Below, one piece after another: positions 9,555 to 19,494 of a DNA stretch of 64,000 bases. A program made the translations under genes and the position numbers. The notes beneath the pieces were generated by a model. The model worked only from the letters and a program-made list of their open reading frames with translations. It was not told where the DNA came from and ran no database searches. The stretch is from Patescibacteria group bacterium (GTDB lineage Bacteria; Patescibacteriota; Minisyncoccia; Phycocordibacterales; Phycocordibacteraceae): contig JAIETW010000001.1 in NCBI GenBank assembly GCA_019744845.1, positions 282,176 through 346,175 on the forward strand, read 5' to 3'. Position 1 is the stretch's first letter, and the number at the start of each line of letters is the position of its first letter.

Positions 9555-10244
9555 CTAGCGCTTACGAGGTTTGAGTCCGCGCTCTACTGCTTCAATTGCA
9601 CCGAAGAGTGCACCACTCCCTACATACCAGAGCATGTGGATGATGATCGCGTAATACACACCACCAGGAACGAGGAGAATAATAAACGGAATCATGAACC
9701 CGCCAACCGTCGCACTAATCGTGAAGTATGTGGCCCAAAGTGCACGTGTGGTGGCGTAGAGGTGCAAGTGAATGATCGCAAAGATCACTGCAAACATTGG
9801 CACCAACTCTGAAAGTGGGATTCCTGCTCCGTACAAAAGGAGGAGGAGAATACCAACTGCCGTTTGCTGGAACACTACATCCCCTGTTTTAGAGAACAAG
9901 AAACGAGTATCAATCAAAAGAAACTGCTGATCAGGATATGCATGCGCAAGACGTGAAGGAGTCTGGTGCAGCTTCTTCATGCGCTCGTACACCCACGGAT
10001 TCACCACAAACAACATGAAGAGCGTAAAGAACACCGTGAGAGATGATACTGGATCAAACAGGCGCATCGCTTCCGCAGGAAACAGCACCGCGAGCACCAG
10101 CGCCATCAAAAGGAAGTACACAAACGTAAGGCGCGGATTCTTCGTAAGCGTGAAATGGAGCTTACGATTCACCACGTAAATAAACGCGAGCCGGTTCACC
10201 ATGACGATGAACAAAAGAAAGGCAATCTGTATGAGGAGGGCCAT
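9555..10244 (-). CDS. Polytopic membrane protein (possibly CPBP-like intramembrane protease)
   Basis: Multiple TM segments. FAIIHLH resembles the CPBP FxxxH motif, but the other CPBP motifs are weak. Confidence 0.35.
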   Translation of the reverse strand: MALLIQIAFLLFIVMVNRLAFIYVVNRKLHFTLTKNPRLTFVYFLLMALVLAVLFPAEAMRLFDPVSSLTVFFTLFMLFVVNPWVYERMKKLHQTPSRLAHAYPDQQFLLIDTRFLFSKTGDVVFQQTAVGILLLLLYGAGIPLSELVPMFAVIFAIIHLHLYATTRALWATYFTISATVGGFMIPFIILLVPGGVYYAIIIHMLWYVGSGALFGAIEAVERGLKPRKR

Positions 10245-10285
10245 GCCTATGAGGATACTCTATTCCTCCTCTAGATAAAACAGGG

Positions 10286-12087
10286 TTATCGGCGGGCTTT
10301 TGCGCGGTCGGTCTCGGTCAAGTACTGCTTGCGGAGGCGCACGCTCTCAGGAGTGACTTCAAGGTATTCATCCTCTGCCATCACTTCAAGACCGCGCTCA
10401 ATCGTGAGATTGAATGGAGGCACGAGCGTAATTGCCTCGTCATTACCTGAAGAACGAACGTTCGTAAGGTTCTTACCCTTGGTTGGGTTCACCATCATCT
10501 CCTCACCCTTAGAGGTGTTACCAAGCACCATACCCTCGTACACTTCCGTACCAGGACCAATGTAGAGCACACCGCGCTCCTGAAGACCCCAGAGGGCGTA
10601 ACCAAGCGCTTTACCAGTTGCCATAGAAATCATAGAGCCGACAAGGCGCTTCTTGATCTCTCCTGCGTGTGGCTTAAAGCCAGTCACACGAGAAGAAAGA
10701 ATCCCCTCTCCCTTGGTATCAATCACAAACTGATTCTTGTATCCAAGAAGTCCACGAGTCGGTCCTTCAAGCGTAAGGCGCACTAGCGCATCATTCTGTA
10801 CCAAGTTCTGGAGCACAAAGGCGCGCATACCAAGGCGCTCAATAATCGCTCCCTGAAATTCAGATGGCGTATCAATGATCACCTCTTCGTATGGCTCAAG
10901 CTTCTTGCCTTCCTCCTCACGGATAATGACCTGCGGCTGAGACACCTGAAGCTCGTAGCCTGCACGACGCATGTTTTCCATCAAAATAGCGATGTGGAGT
11001 TCACCACGACCAGATACCTTGAAGGCATCAGGAGAAATAAAGTCCACCTTAAGTCCGACGTTCACCTCAAGCTCGCGCTCAAGATATTCACGAAGCTGAC
11101 GACTGGTCACATACTTTCCTTCGCGTCCGGCAAACGGAGAATTGTTCACGAGGAAGTTAAGAGTGATGGTGGGCTCATCAATCGCAATTGCGGGAAGCGA
11201 CTCTGCGCTTTCATCCACACACACCGTTTCTCCAATGAAAATGTCAGGAAGTCCGGCGATAAGCACGATGTCCCCTGCTTCTGCGCGCTCAGCCTCTACA
11301 CGCTCAAGACCCTTGAATGAGAAGATCTTCGTGACCTTCCCCTTGCGACTTTCTCCACTTGGCTTCTTGACGATGACTTCCTGTCCCGTCTTTACCTCTC
11401 CTTCGTACACGCGGGCGATTGCCAAACGACCAAGGAAGTTGTCATAGCCAAGGTTAAATGGCTGGAGGCGGAGAGGCTTTGCCGCTGCCTCTGGAGTGGA
11501 TGCGGGCGGAACGTGCTCAAGAATCACATCAAGGAGCTGCGTAAGATCACGTGCGGATCCTCCATTGCTTGGCATGTCGGCAAGTGTGCGTGCCGCCACA
11601 CCATCGCGACCTATTGCATACACCACTGGGAAGTTTGACTGTGCATCAGAGGCACCAAGTTCAAAGAAGAGCTCAAGCACCTGCTCCTCAGCGCGTGCAG
11701 GATCTGCCGCAGGCTTATCAATCTTGTTCAATACCACGATTGGCTTAAGCCCAAGCTCAAGCGACTTCTTAAGTACGAAACGAGTCTGCGGCATTGGACC
11801 CTCCTGTGCGTCCACAATCAAAAGCACAGAATCAATGGAGCGAAGCACGCGCTCCACCTCAGAACCGAAGTCCGCGTGTCCTGGGGTGTCTACGATGTTG
11901 ATCTTGGTACCCTTGTACTCCACCGCCGCGTTCTTGGAGTAAATAGTAATGCCGCGCTCCTTTTCAATAGAGTTGGAGTCCATAGACACCCCTTCTACGG
12001 CAGCTCCTGTCTGACGCAGCAAGGCATCGGTCAAGGTCGTCTTGCCGTGGTCCACGTGCGCGATAATAGCGATGTTTCGGATTTCCA
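10286..12087 (-). CDS. typA: Translational GTPase TypA/BipA
   Basis: IRNIAIIAHVDHGKTTLTD G1 motif and DTPGHADF, with EF-G-like domains. Length ~600 aa. Start at MEIRN. Confidence 0.9.
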
Positions 12088-12175
12088 TACAATAAAAAGA
12101 GGCCGTGCGGCCATTCCTTCCTACACTACCGTATATATAAGGTGCGTCAATCTTTTGCCAGGTATACTCATACCC

Positions 12176-13588
12176 ATGCACGAAGACCGCGCACGCTCAC
12201 TCAACAGTACCTCTGCCCGCCCCGGACCCGTCCTGTATTGGATGGATCGTGACATGCGCCTTAAAGACAACTGGGCACTCCTCCATGCCCGTGCACTCGC
12301 AGGACCCTCTCCCCTCCTGATCGCCTATAATCTCGTGCCCTCTTTTCTTAACGGAGGAAAGCGACAGCTCGCATTCAAGCGAGATGCGCTTAAAGAACTT
12401 GAACGAGATGCTCGCGCACTGGGTATTCCCTTTATTCTCTTGGTTGACGAGAAAGGAACGAATACACCCAAACTCATCACTGCGTGTGTAGAGCGCTACG
12501 GTATCGGTACAGTAGTCACTGACTTCTCTCCTCTTCGTATTCAGAGAGCATGGAAAACAGAAATAGCAGATACACTTCCCTGTCCTCTTATAGAAGTAGA
12601 TGCACACAACATCGTGCCTGCGTGGGTCACCTCTCCAAAGGTAGAGTTTGCGGCATACACCATTCGCCCGAAGATTCACACGCTTCTCCCTACATACTGC
12701 GTAGAATTTCCTGATCTTGCTGCCCCTGAGACCGATATGGATGTGCCGATGGTTGATTGGAAACTAATAGACGCACGTCTTGAGGGATGGACTGACACCA
12801 TTCGCTTTGTCCCTGGAGAAAAAGCAGCGACCGAAGCACTACATACTTTTCTTAATGAACGACTCCCGCGCTATGGAAGTGATCGTAATGACGCGCTCGC
12901 CGATGGTCAATCAGGTCTTTCTCCCTACCTTCACTACGGCATGCTCTCTGCACAGCGTATCGCTCTCTTAGTGGTAGAAGAGGTTCAAAAACCAATTGAG
13001 ATGATTCTTTCTAAGAGTAGAAATAAGGCAAAAGTTGAGGAAGGAAAGACACTTGCACTCATAGACCATGCAGGAGCGTTCCTGGAAGAACTAATCGTGC
13101 GACGCGAACTCTCTGACAACTTCTGTTTATACAATCCTGCGTATGACTCATACGAAGGGTTCCCTGACTGGGCGAAACGTTCGTTTAATGCACATCGCAA
13201 TGACGAACGAGCGTATACCTATAGCGTAGAACAGTTTGAGAAAGGCCAGACACACGACCCACTCTGGAATGCGGCACAGTATGAAATGGTGACTTCAGGA
13301 AAAATGCACGGATATATGCGTATGTACTGGGCAAAAAAGATACTTGAGTGGACCCGAGATCCAGAAACGGCAATGGAGATCGCGATTACATTAAATGACC
13401 GCTACGAACTTGATGGCAGAGATCCAAATGGATACGCGGGTATTGCGTGGTCTATCGGTGGCACCCACGACCGTGCATGGTTCACTCGTCCTATATTCGG
13501 CCAGGTGCGGTTTATGGCTCGTAGTGGTGCGGATAAGAAGTTTGATACTGATGCCTATATTGCAAAGTGGAGTCCGAGACTTCTCTAA
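12176..13588 (+). CDS. Class II CPD deoxyribodipyrimidine photolyase
   Basis: VLYWMDRDMRLKDNWALL near the N-terminus and a C-terminal FAD-binding region (WAKKILEW, GYMRMYWAKK). Start at MHEDRARS, not overlapping typA. Confidence 0.85.
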   Translation: MHEDRARSLNSTSARPGPVLYWMDRDMRLKDNWALLHARALAGPSPLLIAYNLVPSFLNGGKRQLAFKRDALKELERDARALGIPFILLVDEKGTNTPKLITACVERYGIGTVVTDFSPLRIQRAWKTEIADTLPCPLIEVDAHNIVPAWVTSPKVEFAAYTIRPKIHTLLPTYCVEFPDLAAPETDMDVPMVDWKLIDARLEGWTDTIRFVPGEKAATEALHTFLNERLPRYGSDRNDALADGQSGLSPYLHYGMLSAQRIALLVVEEVQKPIEMILSKSRNKAKVEEGKTLALIDHAGAFLEELIVRRELSDNFCLYNPAYDSYEGFPDWAKRSFNAHRNDERAYTYSVEQFEKGQTHDPLWNAAQYEMVTSGKMHGYMRMYWAKKILEWTRDPETAMEIAITLNDRYELDGRDPNGYAGIAWSIGGTHDRAWFTRPIFGQVRFMARSGADKKFDTDAYIAKWSPRLL

Positions 13589-13597
13589 TTCTCGTTC

Positions 13598-13625
13598 GCT
13601 GTCTGGGACGATGTTGGAACCGCCT
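13598..13625. repeat. Copy A of a ~24-bp repeated motif (ctgtctKggacgatgtKggaacc)
   Basis: Sequence gctgtctgggacgatgttggaaccgcc lies between convergent gene ends. Near-identical copies at 32146, 32757 and a diverged one at 52672. Confidence 0.5.
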
Positions 13626-14362
13626 TACTCTACGAACCTATAAATTTCAACCTTCCCGTCTTTTGAGGGCTCATATTGAACGTTAGGGAACCGTAGAGGT
13701 TTCTTGTTTTTACGAAGCGTTAAAAGGGCTTTGTCTGAGTCATACGATATCTTGATTCCTGACGCCCTCGCTCTTTGCACCAGGTCGGTAATGGCCTCTT
13801 CAGCGTCATCTCTATTGCTCCAATTTATATCACTTGGCACCATGAAGACCCGCAAGACGCCACCTTGCTCTAATGCGACATACAGTTCTTTCAGTGTTCG
13901 GAGCGGATCAGGAAGAGAGTGGAATGCAAGGTGACTAACGATTAGATGATATTTCTCGTCGGGACGGAATGTTAGGTTTTTCTGATCGATGAAAGTGATC
14001 CTGTGCTTTTTATCAAATCTCTTCTCTTCTGGAGTTCTAAGATCTCCCACGCTTATCCCTGTTACCTCAACAGGCACTTCCCCAAGCTCTTGCTTCAGCT
14101 CCCTCATTGCTTGATTTGCTCCACAACCGAAATCGAGCACGCGAATAGTCTCACCTGGGTGTTTTTCTAAAAGTTTTCTGACCCGTGTAGTAATTGCTCC
14201 CTTCTTATGCCAAAGCCTGCGGTTGTACTCTTGTAAACTGGTGCGCAGCCAAGCATAACGGTCATAAGGTTCTGGATTCGTCGTTCTTGTACGTGCTCGC
14301 TCAAGCGACCACCGGCCTGTTTCTTTAATGTTAGAGAGTTTCTGCTTGTGCCCTTCCGACAT
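13625..14362 (-). CDS. Class I SAM-dependent methyltransferase
   Basis: VLDFGCGANQ (motif I) and downstream acidic-loop motifs. Confidence 0.6.
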   Translation of the reverse strand: MSEGHKQKLSNIKETGRWSLERARTRTTNPEPYDRYAWLRTSLQEYNRRLWHKKGAITTRVRKLLEKHPGETIRVLDFGCGANQAMRELKQELGEVPVEVTGISVGDLRTPEEKRFDKKHRITFIDQKNLTFRPDEKYHLIVSHLAFHSLPDPLRTLKELYVALEQGGVLRVFMVPSDINWSNRDDAEEAITDLVQRARASGIKISYDSDKALLTLRKNKKPLRFPNVQYEPSKDGKVEIYRFVE

Positions 14363-14404
14363 TTGTAAAGTATACCAACCTGCTGGCGGTCCAGGACTTG
14401 AACC

Positions 14405-16195
14405 CTATGAACTCTTCCTAAGGTCATCAGTCAAAAATCCTCCCGCCTGTATCTCCCAGAGCTTCTTGTAGAGCCCACCCTCGTGCTTAACGAGGTCCTG
14501 GTGCGTACCCGTCGTCACCACCTTCCCATTCTCAATGACGATAATGCGGTCCATCTTCATGACTGTAGAGAGACGATGCGCAATCGCAATCACGGTCTTG
14601 TCAGCCATAAGCTTCGTAAGGGCGTCCTGAATAAGAGATTCAGACTCTGAATCAAGAGACGAAGTCGCCTCATCAAGCACGAGAATTGGCGCATCCTTTA
14701 GGATGGCACGTGCAATCGCAATACGCTGGCGCTCCCCTCCTGAAAGCTTAATGCCACGCTCTCCCACGAAGGTATCAAACCCTTCTGGTGCCTTAGTGAT
14801 GAATTCATCACAGTGTGCTTTACGCGCTGCCTCAATCACCTCGTCGTCGGTGGCATCCAGGCGTCCATACCGAATGTTTTCCATGAGGGTGCGATGGAAG
14901 AGAGTGGGCTCCTGTGGCATAAAGGCAATAGATTCGCGGAGGCTCTTCTGCGTCACCTCTGCAATGTTCTGCCCATCAATCACAATCGCTCCCCCCTTCA
15001 CATCAAAGAAGCGGAGGATGAGTTTGGTGATGGTCGTCTTCCCTGCACCCGACGGGCCCACGAGCGCGACTTTCTCATGACTTCCAATGGAGAGATTGAA
15101 GTCCTGAAGCACATTCCCACTGTCATTGAACCCAAAGTCCACGTTGTTAAATGAAATAGCTCCACCGGTGACTGAAAGTGCTTTCGCATTCTTCACATCC
15201 TGCACCTCATGCGGCTCATCCATAATCTCCACCATTTCGGTGGCGTCCGCGAATGCTTCAAAGAGCTTTCGGAGCGCAGAACCAAAGTTCCACAAACGAT
15301 CAATGGCCACCAAAAGGTATGCCTGGATCAATACAAAGTCTCCAACCGTGAGCACTCCTTCTGCCCAGAGATGAATAGCGGTAAAGAAAAGAACAAACTC
15401 AATCAGCACCATCATCACGGTCTGCACACTATTCACGATTTCGTTTAAGGTCCAGGACTTATAGAACGCTTTGCGTTGTTTGGTCACCGCCTCACCCAAA
15501 AGCCGTCGCTCCTCATCCTCTCCTGCAAACGTCTTGATCGTGACATCATTTGAAATAGCATCAGACAACACACCCGTCACCTCCGAGTCACGCTCGGCGA
15601 CGGCAAGATTGTATTTGAGCATCCAGCGTGCAACTCCGATTTGAATAGCAAGAAAGATCACCACCCACACCCCAAACGCGAGACCAAGCTTTGGATCACG
15701 CAAAAAGAGCACAATAGTTATACCGGTAAGCGAGACACCAATCGGAATGAAGTCATACACGAGACGATCAAACCACTCTTCGTACGCACGAGTGAGACGT
15801 CCCACACGACGCACAAGGGATCCTGTGAAGTTATTCACGAAGAACCGATAGGAGTGACCGACGAGATACGAATACGCATTCTGCGTCATATCGCTCATGA
15901 CCTTTGGCTCTACATAGATACTGGCAATCACCCCTCCACGACGGGCCGCCTGTCGGACAATGACGACGCTAATAGTGAGTACCAGCATCCCAATCATGAG
16001 CGCCGCCACTTCTTCTGTGGCCATAGGTGCCGCCGCAGCCGTATCAATGATCCGCTTATACAGAAGCGGAATGAAAATATCTATCGCAATCGCAAGCGCA
16101 GTGAGTCCGATCGCAAGAAACGTCGCGACTGGATAGGGCTTCAAGTGTCTGAAAAACACCTTGAGCACGGCACCAACAGCAAGATGTTTTTTCAT
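14405..16195 (-). CDS. ABC transporter, fused permease/ATPase (MsbA-like exporter)
   Basis: Six N-terminal TM helices. Walker A GPSGAGKTT, signature LSGGERQRIAIARA, Walker B ILVLDEATS. Confidence 0.85.
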   Translation of the reverse strand: MKKHLAVGAVLKVFFRHLKPYPVATFLAIGLTALAIAIDIFIPLLYKRIIDTAAAAPMATEEVAALMIGMLVLTISVVIVRQAARRGGVIASIYVEPKVMSDMTQNAYSYLVGHSYRFFVNNFTGSLVRRVGRLTRAYEEWFDRLVYDFIPIGVSLTGITIVLFLRDPKLGLAFGVWVVIFLAIQIGVARWMLKYNLAVAERDSEVTGVLSDAISNDVTIKTFAGEDEERRLLGEAVTKQRKAFYKSWTLNEIVNSVQTVMMVLIEFVLFFTAIHLWAEGVLTVGDFVLIQAYLLVAIDRLWNFGSALRKLFEAFADATEMVEIMDEPHEVQDVKNAKALSVTGGAISFNNVDFGFNDSGNVLQDFNLSIGSHEKVALVGPSGAGKTTITKLILRFFDVKGGAIVIDGQNIAEVTQKSLRESIAFMPQEPTLFHRTLMENIRYGRLDATDDEVIEAARKAHCDEFITKAPEGFDTFVGERGIKLSGGERQRIAIARAILKDAPILVLDEATSSLDSESESLIQDALTKLMADKTVIAIAHRLSTVMKMDRIIVIENGKVVTTGTHQDLVKHEGGLYKKLWEIQAGGFLTDDLRKSS

Positions 16196-16216
16196 GAAGT
16201 TCCCACTATATCACTG

Positions 16217-17209
16217 CTACCGAAGATACCGATCTATGTTTGCGCGATGTGCGTTATACGAAGAGGCGCAGTGAATATCGCCATCATAATCATGCAAATA
16301 GTAGTAGCATTCAGTCTCTTCTGGATTGAGTACAGCGACAATTGCCTCAACACTGGGGTTTGCAATTGGATGCGGAGGAAGCCCCGGACGGAAATAGGTG
16401 TTGTACGGAGACTCTAGATACTTATCTTCCGACTGTGGGACTGGCCACCACTTCGTGGGCTCACCACGTATATATTGGAGTGTCGCATCTATCCCAAGCG
16501 GCATATCAATCTCAAGACGATTCCAAATAACACCCGCAATGAGTGGCATATCGTGTGCACCGTCTGCCTCTCGCTGAATCAAAGACGCAATCACCAGCGC
16601 CTCGTTCCAGTTAATTCCCTTCTCTATTGCTTCGTCCCTCAGATCCTTCGTCATGTGTGCAAAACGTGCGCGCATACGTTCGGCAACTTCGGTGGTGCTT
16701 TGGTCTGAAGGGATCAAATAAATATCCGGGAAATACACGCCCTCTACTACATCCTCCCCAATCACCGTGTCGCGGGTAATCCACTGTTGCTTCTCCTCCT
16801 CCGTCCACCCAAGTGCACGCGCAAAGAGTTCTGCAGTCTGCTCTTTCCGATATCCATCAGGCACTCGTATCCACGCAAGACGTGGTGGCTCAGAGAGAAT
16901 GGTCGCGACCGTCCACGCATCCATGTTCGGTGCGATCTCGTATCCTCCCGGCGTCAGCTCTACGCTTCCGTGCCGAATGGCATACGCAATACTGAATCCA
17001 AAGGTATTTCCGATAAGTCCACGTGCGGCAAGCGCATGCGACACATCTTCTAGTGTTTCCTCAGGAGTGACCAAGAACTCCTCATGTTCCCCCTCTTTCC
17101 CGGGTGGGCCAAAGAGCCCTGCGTATGAAAGTCCAAGGAGAATAATAAGAAGCGCGAACGTACAAAGACTGTACGCGAGCGGATGATTGCGACGAAACGA
17201 AAGAAACAT
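16217..17209 (-). CDS. mltG: Endolytic murein transglycosylase MltG (YceG-like)
   Basis: N-terminal TM. SPYNTYFRPGLPPHPIANPS matches the YceG/MltG signature. Confidence 0.8.
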   Translation of the reverse strand: MFLSFRRNHPLAYSLCTFALLIILLGLSYAGLFGPPGKEGEHEEFLVTPEETLEDVSHALAARGLIGNTFGFSIAYAIRHGSVELTPGGYEIAPNMDAWTVATILSEPPRLAWIRVPDGYRKEQTAELFARALGWTEEEKQQWITRDTVIGEDVVEGVYFPDIYLIPSDQSTTEVAERMRARFAHMTKDLRDEAIEKGINWNEALVIASLIQREADGAHDMPLIAGVIWNRLEIDMPLGIDATLQYIRGEPTKWWPVPQSEDKYLESPYNTYFRPGLPPHPIANPSVEAIVAVLNPEETECYYYLHDYDGDIHCASSYNAHRANIDRYLR

Positions 17210-17279
17210 AGAGGGAACGTTCCTATAAGTATACTGGCGCCCCAGTGAAGGAGCGCCAGTATATCAACACAGTGTCACA

Positions 17280-17807
17280 CTATGCGCTCAGCTCTGTGAA
17301 GGTCACGGTGCTTGGCACTATGAACTTACTCCCGTCCACTGACCAGGGTGCACAGTGATAATCCACTGCCGCAGATGCATCCATGGCACCCTGCGTGGTG
17401 GTCTCTGTGCTTCCGTCCGTCGCCACCTTCATCTTCATTCCCTGTGGCATCATATCGCTCCAGGTGTAGACATACCCTTCACGAGAAATCATGTATGAAT
17501 TAATCGTCATACCAGAGACCTTCGTGGCGAAGTCTCCGCGCATTTTACCCTCACTTATATATACGGTGCCGGCGCTCTCTGACGCACCATTGGTTGCCTC
17601 CGCCTTCATTTCCACATCGCAACGGAATGAACCGGTACGCATCATAAGATCTGCCAAGGTGGCAGAGCCTTCTGCCTTCTCTTCCGTCGTACCGGTGGCC
17701 CCCTCTTCAGTAGGAGCGACTGCAGCATTGTGAGATGAGAAGTACCAGACCCCTCCTCCTACCACCACGACTGCGACGAGAATACCGATAAGTGTTTTTG
17801 GTTCCAT
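17280..17807 (-). CDS. Hypothetical membrane-anchored exported protein
   Basis: N-terminal TM helix, Thr/Gly-rich linker. No recognisable motif. Confidence 0.4.
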   Translation of the reverse strand: MEPKTLIGILVAVVVVGGGVWYFSSHNAAVAPTEEGATGTTEEKAEGSATLADLMMRTGSFRCDVEMKAEATNGASESAGTVYISEGKMRGDFATKVSGMTINSYMISREGYVYTWSDMMPQGMKMKVATDGSTETTTQGAMDASAAVDYHCAPWSVDGSKFIVPSTVTFTELSA

Positions 17808-17931
17808 GTATCTTTCAAAAGTTCGTAATAGAGAAAGTATACCGCCAGACTTTCACCATGCATCCACTGACTCTCCTATATGTTTATAAGCGTATGAAAG
17901 AATCCGAAGAAACGTTGAACATACGGGCTTT

Positions 17932-19491
17932 TTGGGCTATGCTCACTACATGAAATCAGTTACTACCGGCCTACGCCGACTCCTCATGGGCATACTTCAT
18001 CCACTACGCATCACGTGGCGTAAGTACCGCACGCTTGGACGTCGTTATCAGTGGGCTATTGGGCTTGTCCTTGCCATTATCATTCTTTCCTTTGTGCTGT
18101 TCGGTGGACAGGGTACCGCGCCACAGCTTGGAAGCTACGAGCGTACCGTTACCCTCTCTACCGTAAGTAACCTCTCAGGCGTGGGTGGAGGCGGTAATGC
18201 GATTGGTACCGTACGCTCAGTCACGGAAGCAAAGCTCCTCGCACAAACGGGTGGCACCGTACGCCGTGTGAATGTAGAGGTTGGTTCTTCAGTTAGCGCG
18301 GGTGCCGTTCTTGCTGAACTTGAGAACGCGAGCGAGCGCGCAGCGGTCCTTCAGGCAGAAGGTTCGTACGACGCGGCAGTGGCAGCAAACTCGGTGTCAG
18401 TGAAGGATGTCTCTACTGATATCCGTAACGCCTACCGCTCTAACTTCGCTGAGCTTGAAACCGCGTTTGAGATCCAGATAGATAGTTTGTTTGCCGATCC
18501 TGCACCTGGGGTTCCAGGAATAATCTCTATTGCTGGGTACGAGAAAGGTACCGAGCTTCAGGATACCCGTCGCACCATTACGTATCGGCTGAACGACTGG
18601 CGCCGAAACCTTGCGACCGCAAACACCGCGCGCGCTGATGCACTCCTCATCGAAATGGAAAACGCTGTGTCTCTTTCCTCTACCTTTGTGGTACAGCTCG
18701 CACAGGCGGCAAACCGTTCTGATTCCGGCGCAACGGCAACCCAGCTTGCCAATGTCGCGGCAGCACGCACGACAATCACCAGCATGTCTGCAGAAGTATC
18801 AGGACTTCGTAATACCTATGAAGCACAGCAGACCTCTGTTCCCTCAGGTACTAGCTCCGCGACCGAAGCAGCAGTAAAGCAAGCGCTCGGTTCCCTCCGC
18901 CTCGCACAGGCGGCACTTGAGAAAACGGTGATCCGCGCCCCAATTGCGGGAACCGTAAACTTCCTCCCTATTCGCGTGGGAGACTACGTCACTTCCTTCA
19001 CCCACGTTGCTACCGTGGCACAGAATGGCGCTCTTGAGATTGTCATCTACATGTCTGAAGACCAGCGTGCAGCCCTTGCGGTTGGTGACCGGCTTATGAT
19101 TGAAGACGGACGAAGTGGGATCGTTACCTCTATCGCCCCTGCACTTGATCCTGTCACCAAACAGATTGAAGTACACATTGCGGTAGAAGGCGCGACCGAA
19201 GAAGATACGTTCGTGAACGGGCAGACCGTACGCGTGTCTATCCCAGCGATTGCGACGAGCCCGACTGGTGAAGGACCTCTCCTCCTGCCGCTGTCTGCGG
19301 TAAAGCTCTACGCCGATAGCCGTGTCGTGTTTACCGTAAGCGAAGAAGGTCGTCTGGTCGCCACTCCTGTGGAGATTGGTGATGTACGGGGTGAACGAGT
19401 AGAGATTCTCACTCCCCTTTCTCCTGACCTTCGTATTGTGACTGACGCACGTGGCCTTGCGGAAGGTGAACGGGTGAAGATCGCCCCCTAA
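17932..19491 (+). CDS. Efflux transporter periplasmic adaptor (membrane fusion protein, HlyD/AcrA-like)
   Basis: N-terminal TM. Lipoyl-like GTVRRVNVEVGSSVSAGAVLAELEN, coiled-coil region, C-terminal beta-barrel. Immediately upstream of the RND pump. Confidence 0.7.
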   Translation: MGYAHYMKSVTTGLRRLLMGILHPLRITWRKYRTLGRRYQWAIGLVLAIIILSFVLFGGQGTAPQLGSYERTVTLSTVSNLSGVGGGGNAIGTVRSVTEAKLLAQTGGTVRRVNVEVGSSVSAGAVLAELENASERAAVLQAEGSYDAAVAANSVSVKDVSTDIRNAYRSNFAELETAFEIQIDSLFADPAPGVPGIISIAGYEKGTELQDTRRTITYRLNDWRRNLATANTARADALLIEMENAVSLSSTFVVQLAQAANRSDSGATATQLANVAAARTTITSMSAEVSGLRNTYEAQQTSVPSGTSSATEAAVKQALGSLRLAQAALEKTVIRAPIAGTVNFLPIRVGDYVTSFTHVATVAQNGALEIVIYMSEDQRAALAVGDRLMIEDGRSGIVTSIAPALDPVTKQIEVHIAVEGATEEDTFVNGQTVRVSIPAIATSPTGEGPLLLPLSAVKLYADSRVVFTVSEEGRLVATPVEIGDVRGERVEILTPLSPDLRIVTDARGLAEGERVKIAP

Positions 19492-19494
19492 CAC

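Noticed and set aside
11876-12175. 5' extension of the photolyase ORF and other long antisense ORFs inside typA, pyrG, ligA and the RND pump
   Set aside because: They are antisense to high-confidence conserved genes and have no independent motifs. The photolyase start was moved to the first ATG after typA.
13598-13625. Sigma-54 promoter interpretation of the 24-bp motif (TGGAC-N5-TGGAAC)
   Set aside because: The spacing and the -12 element do not match TGGCAC-N5-TTGCW, and copy A lies between convergent gene ends where no promoter is expected.
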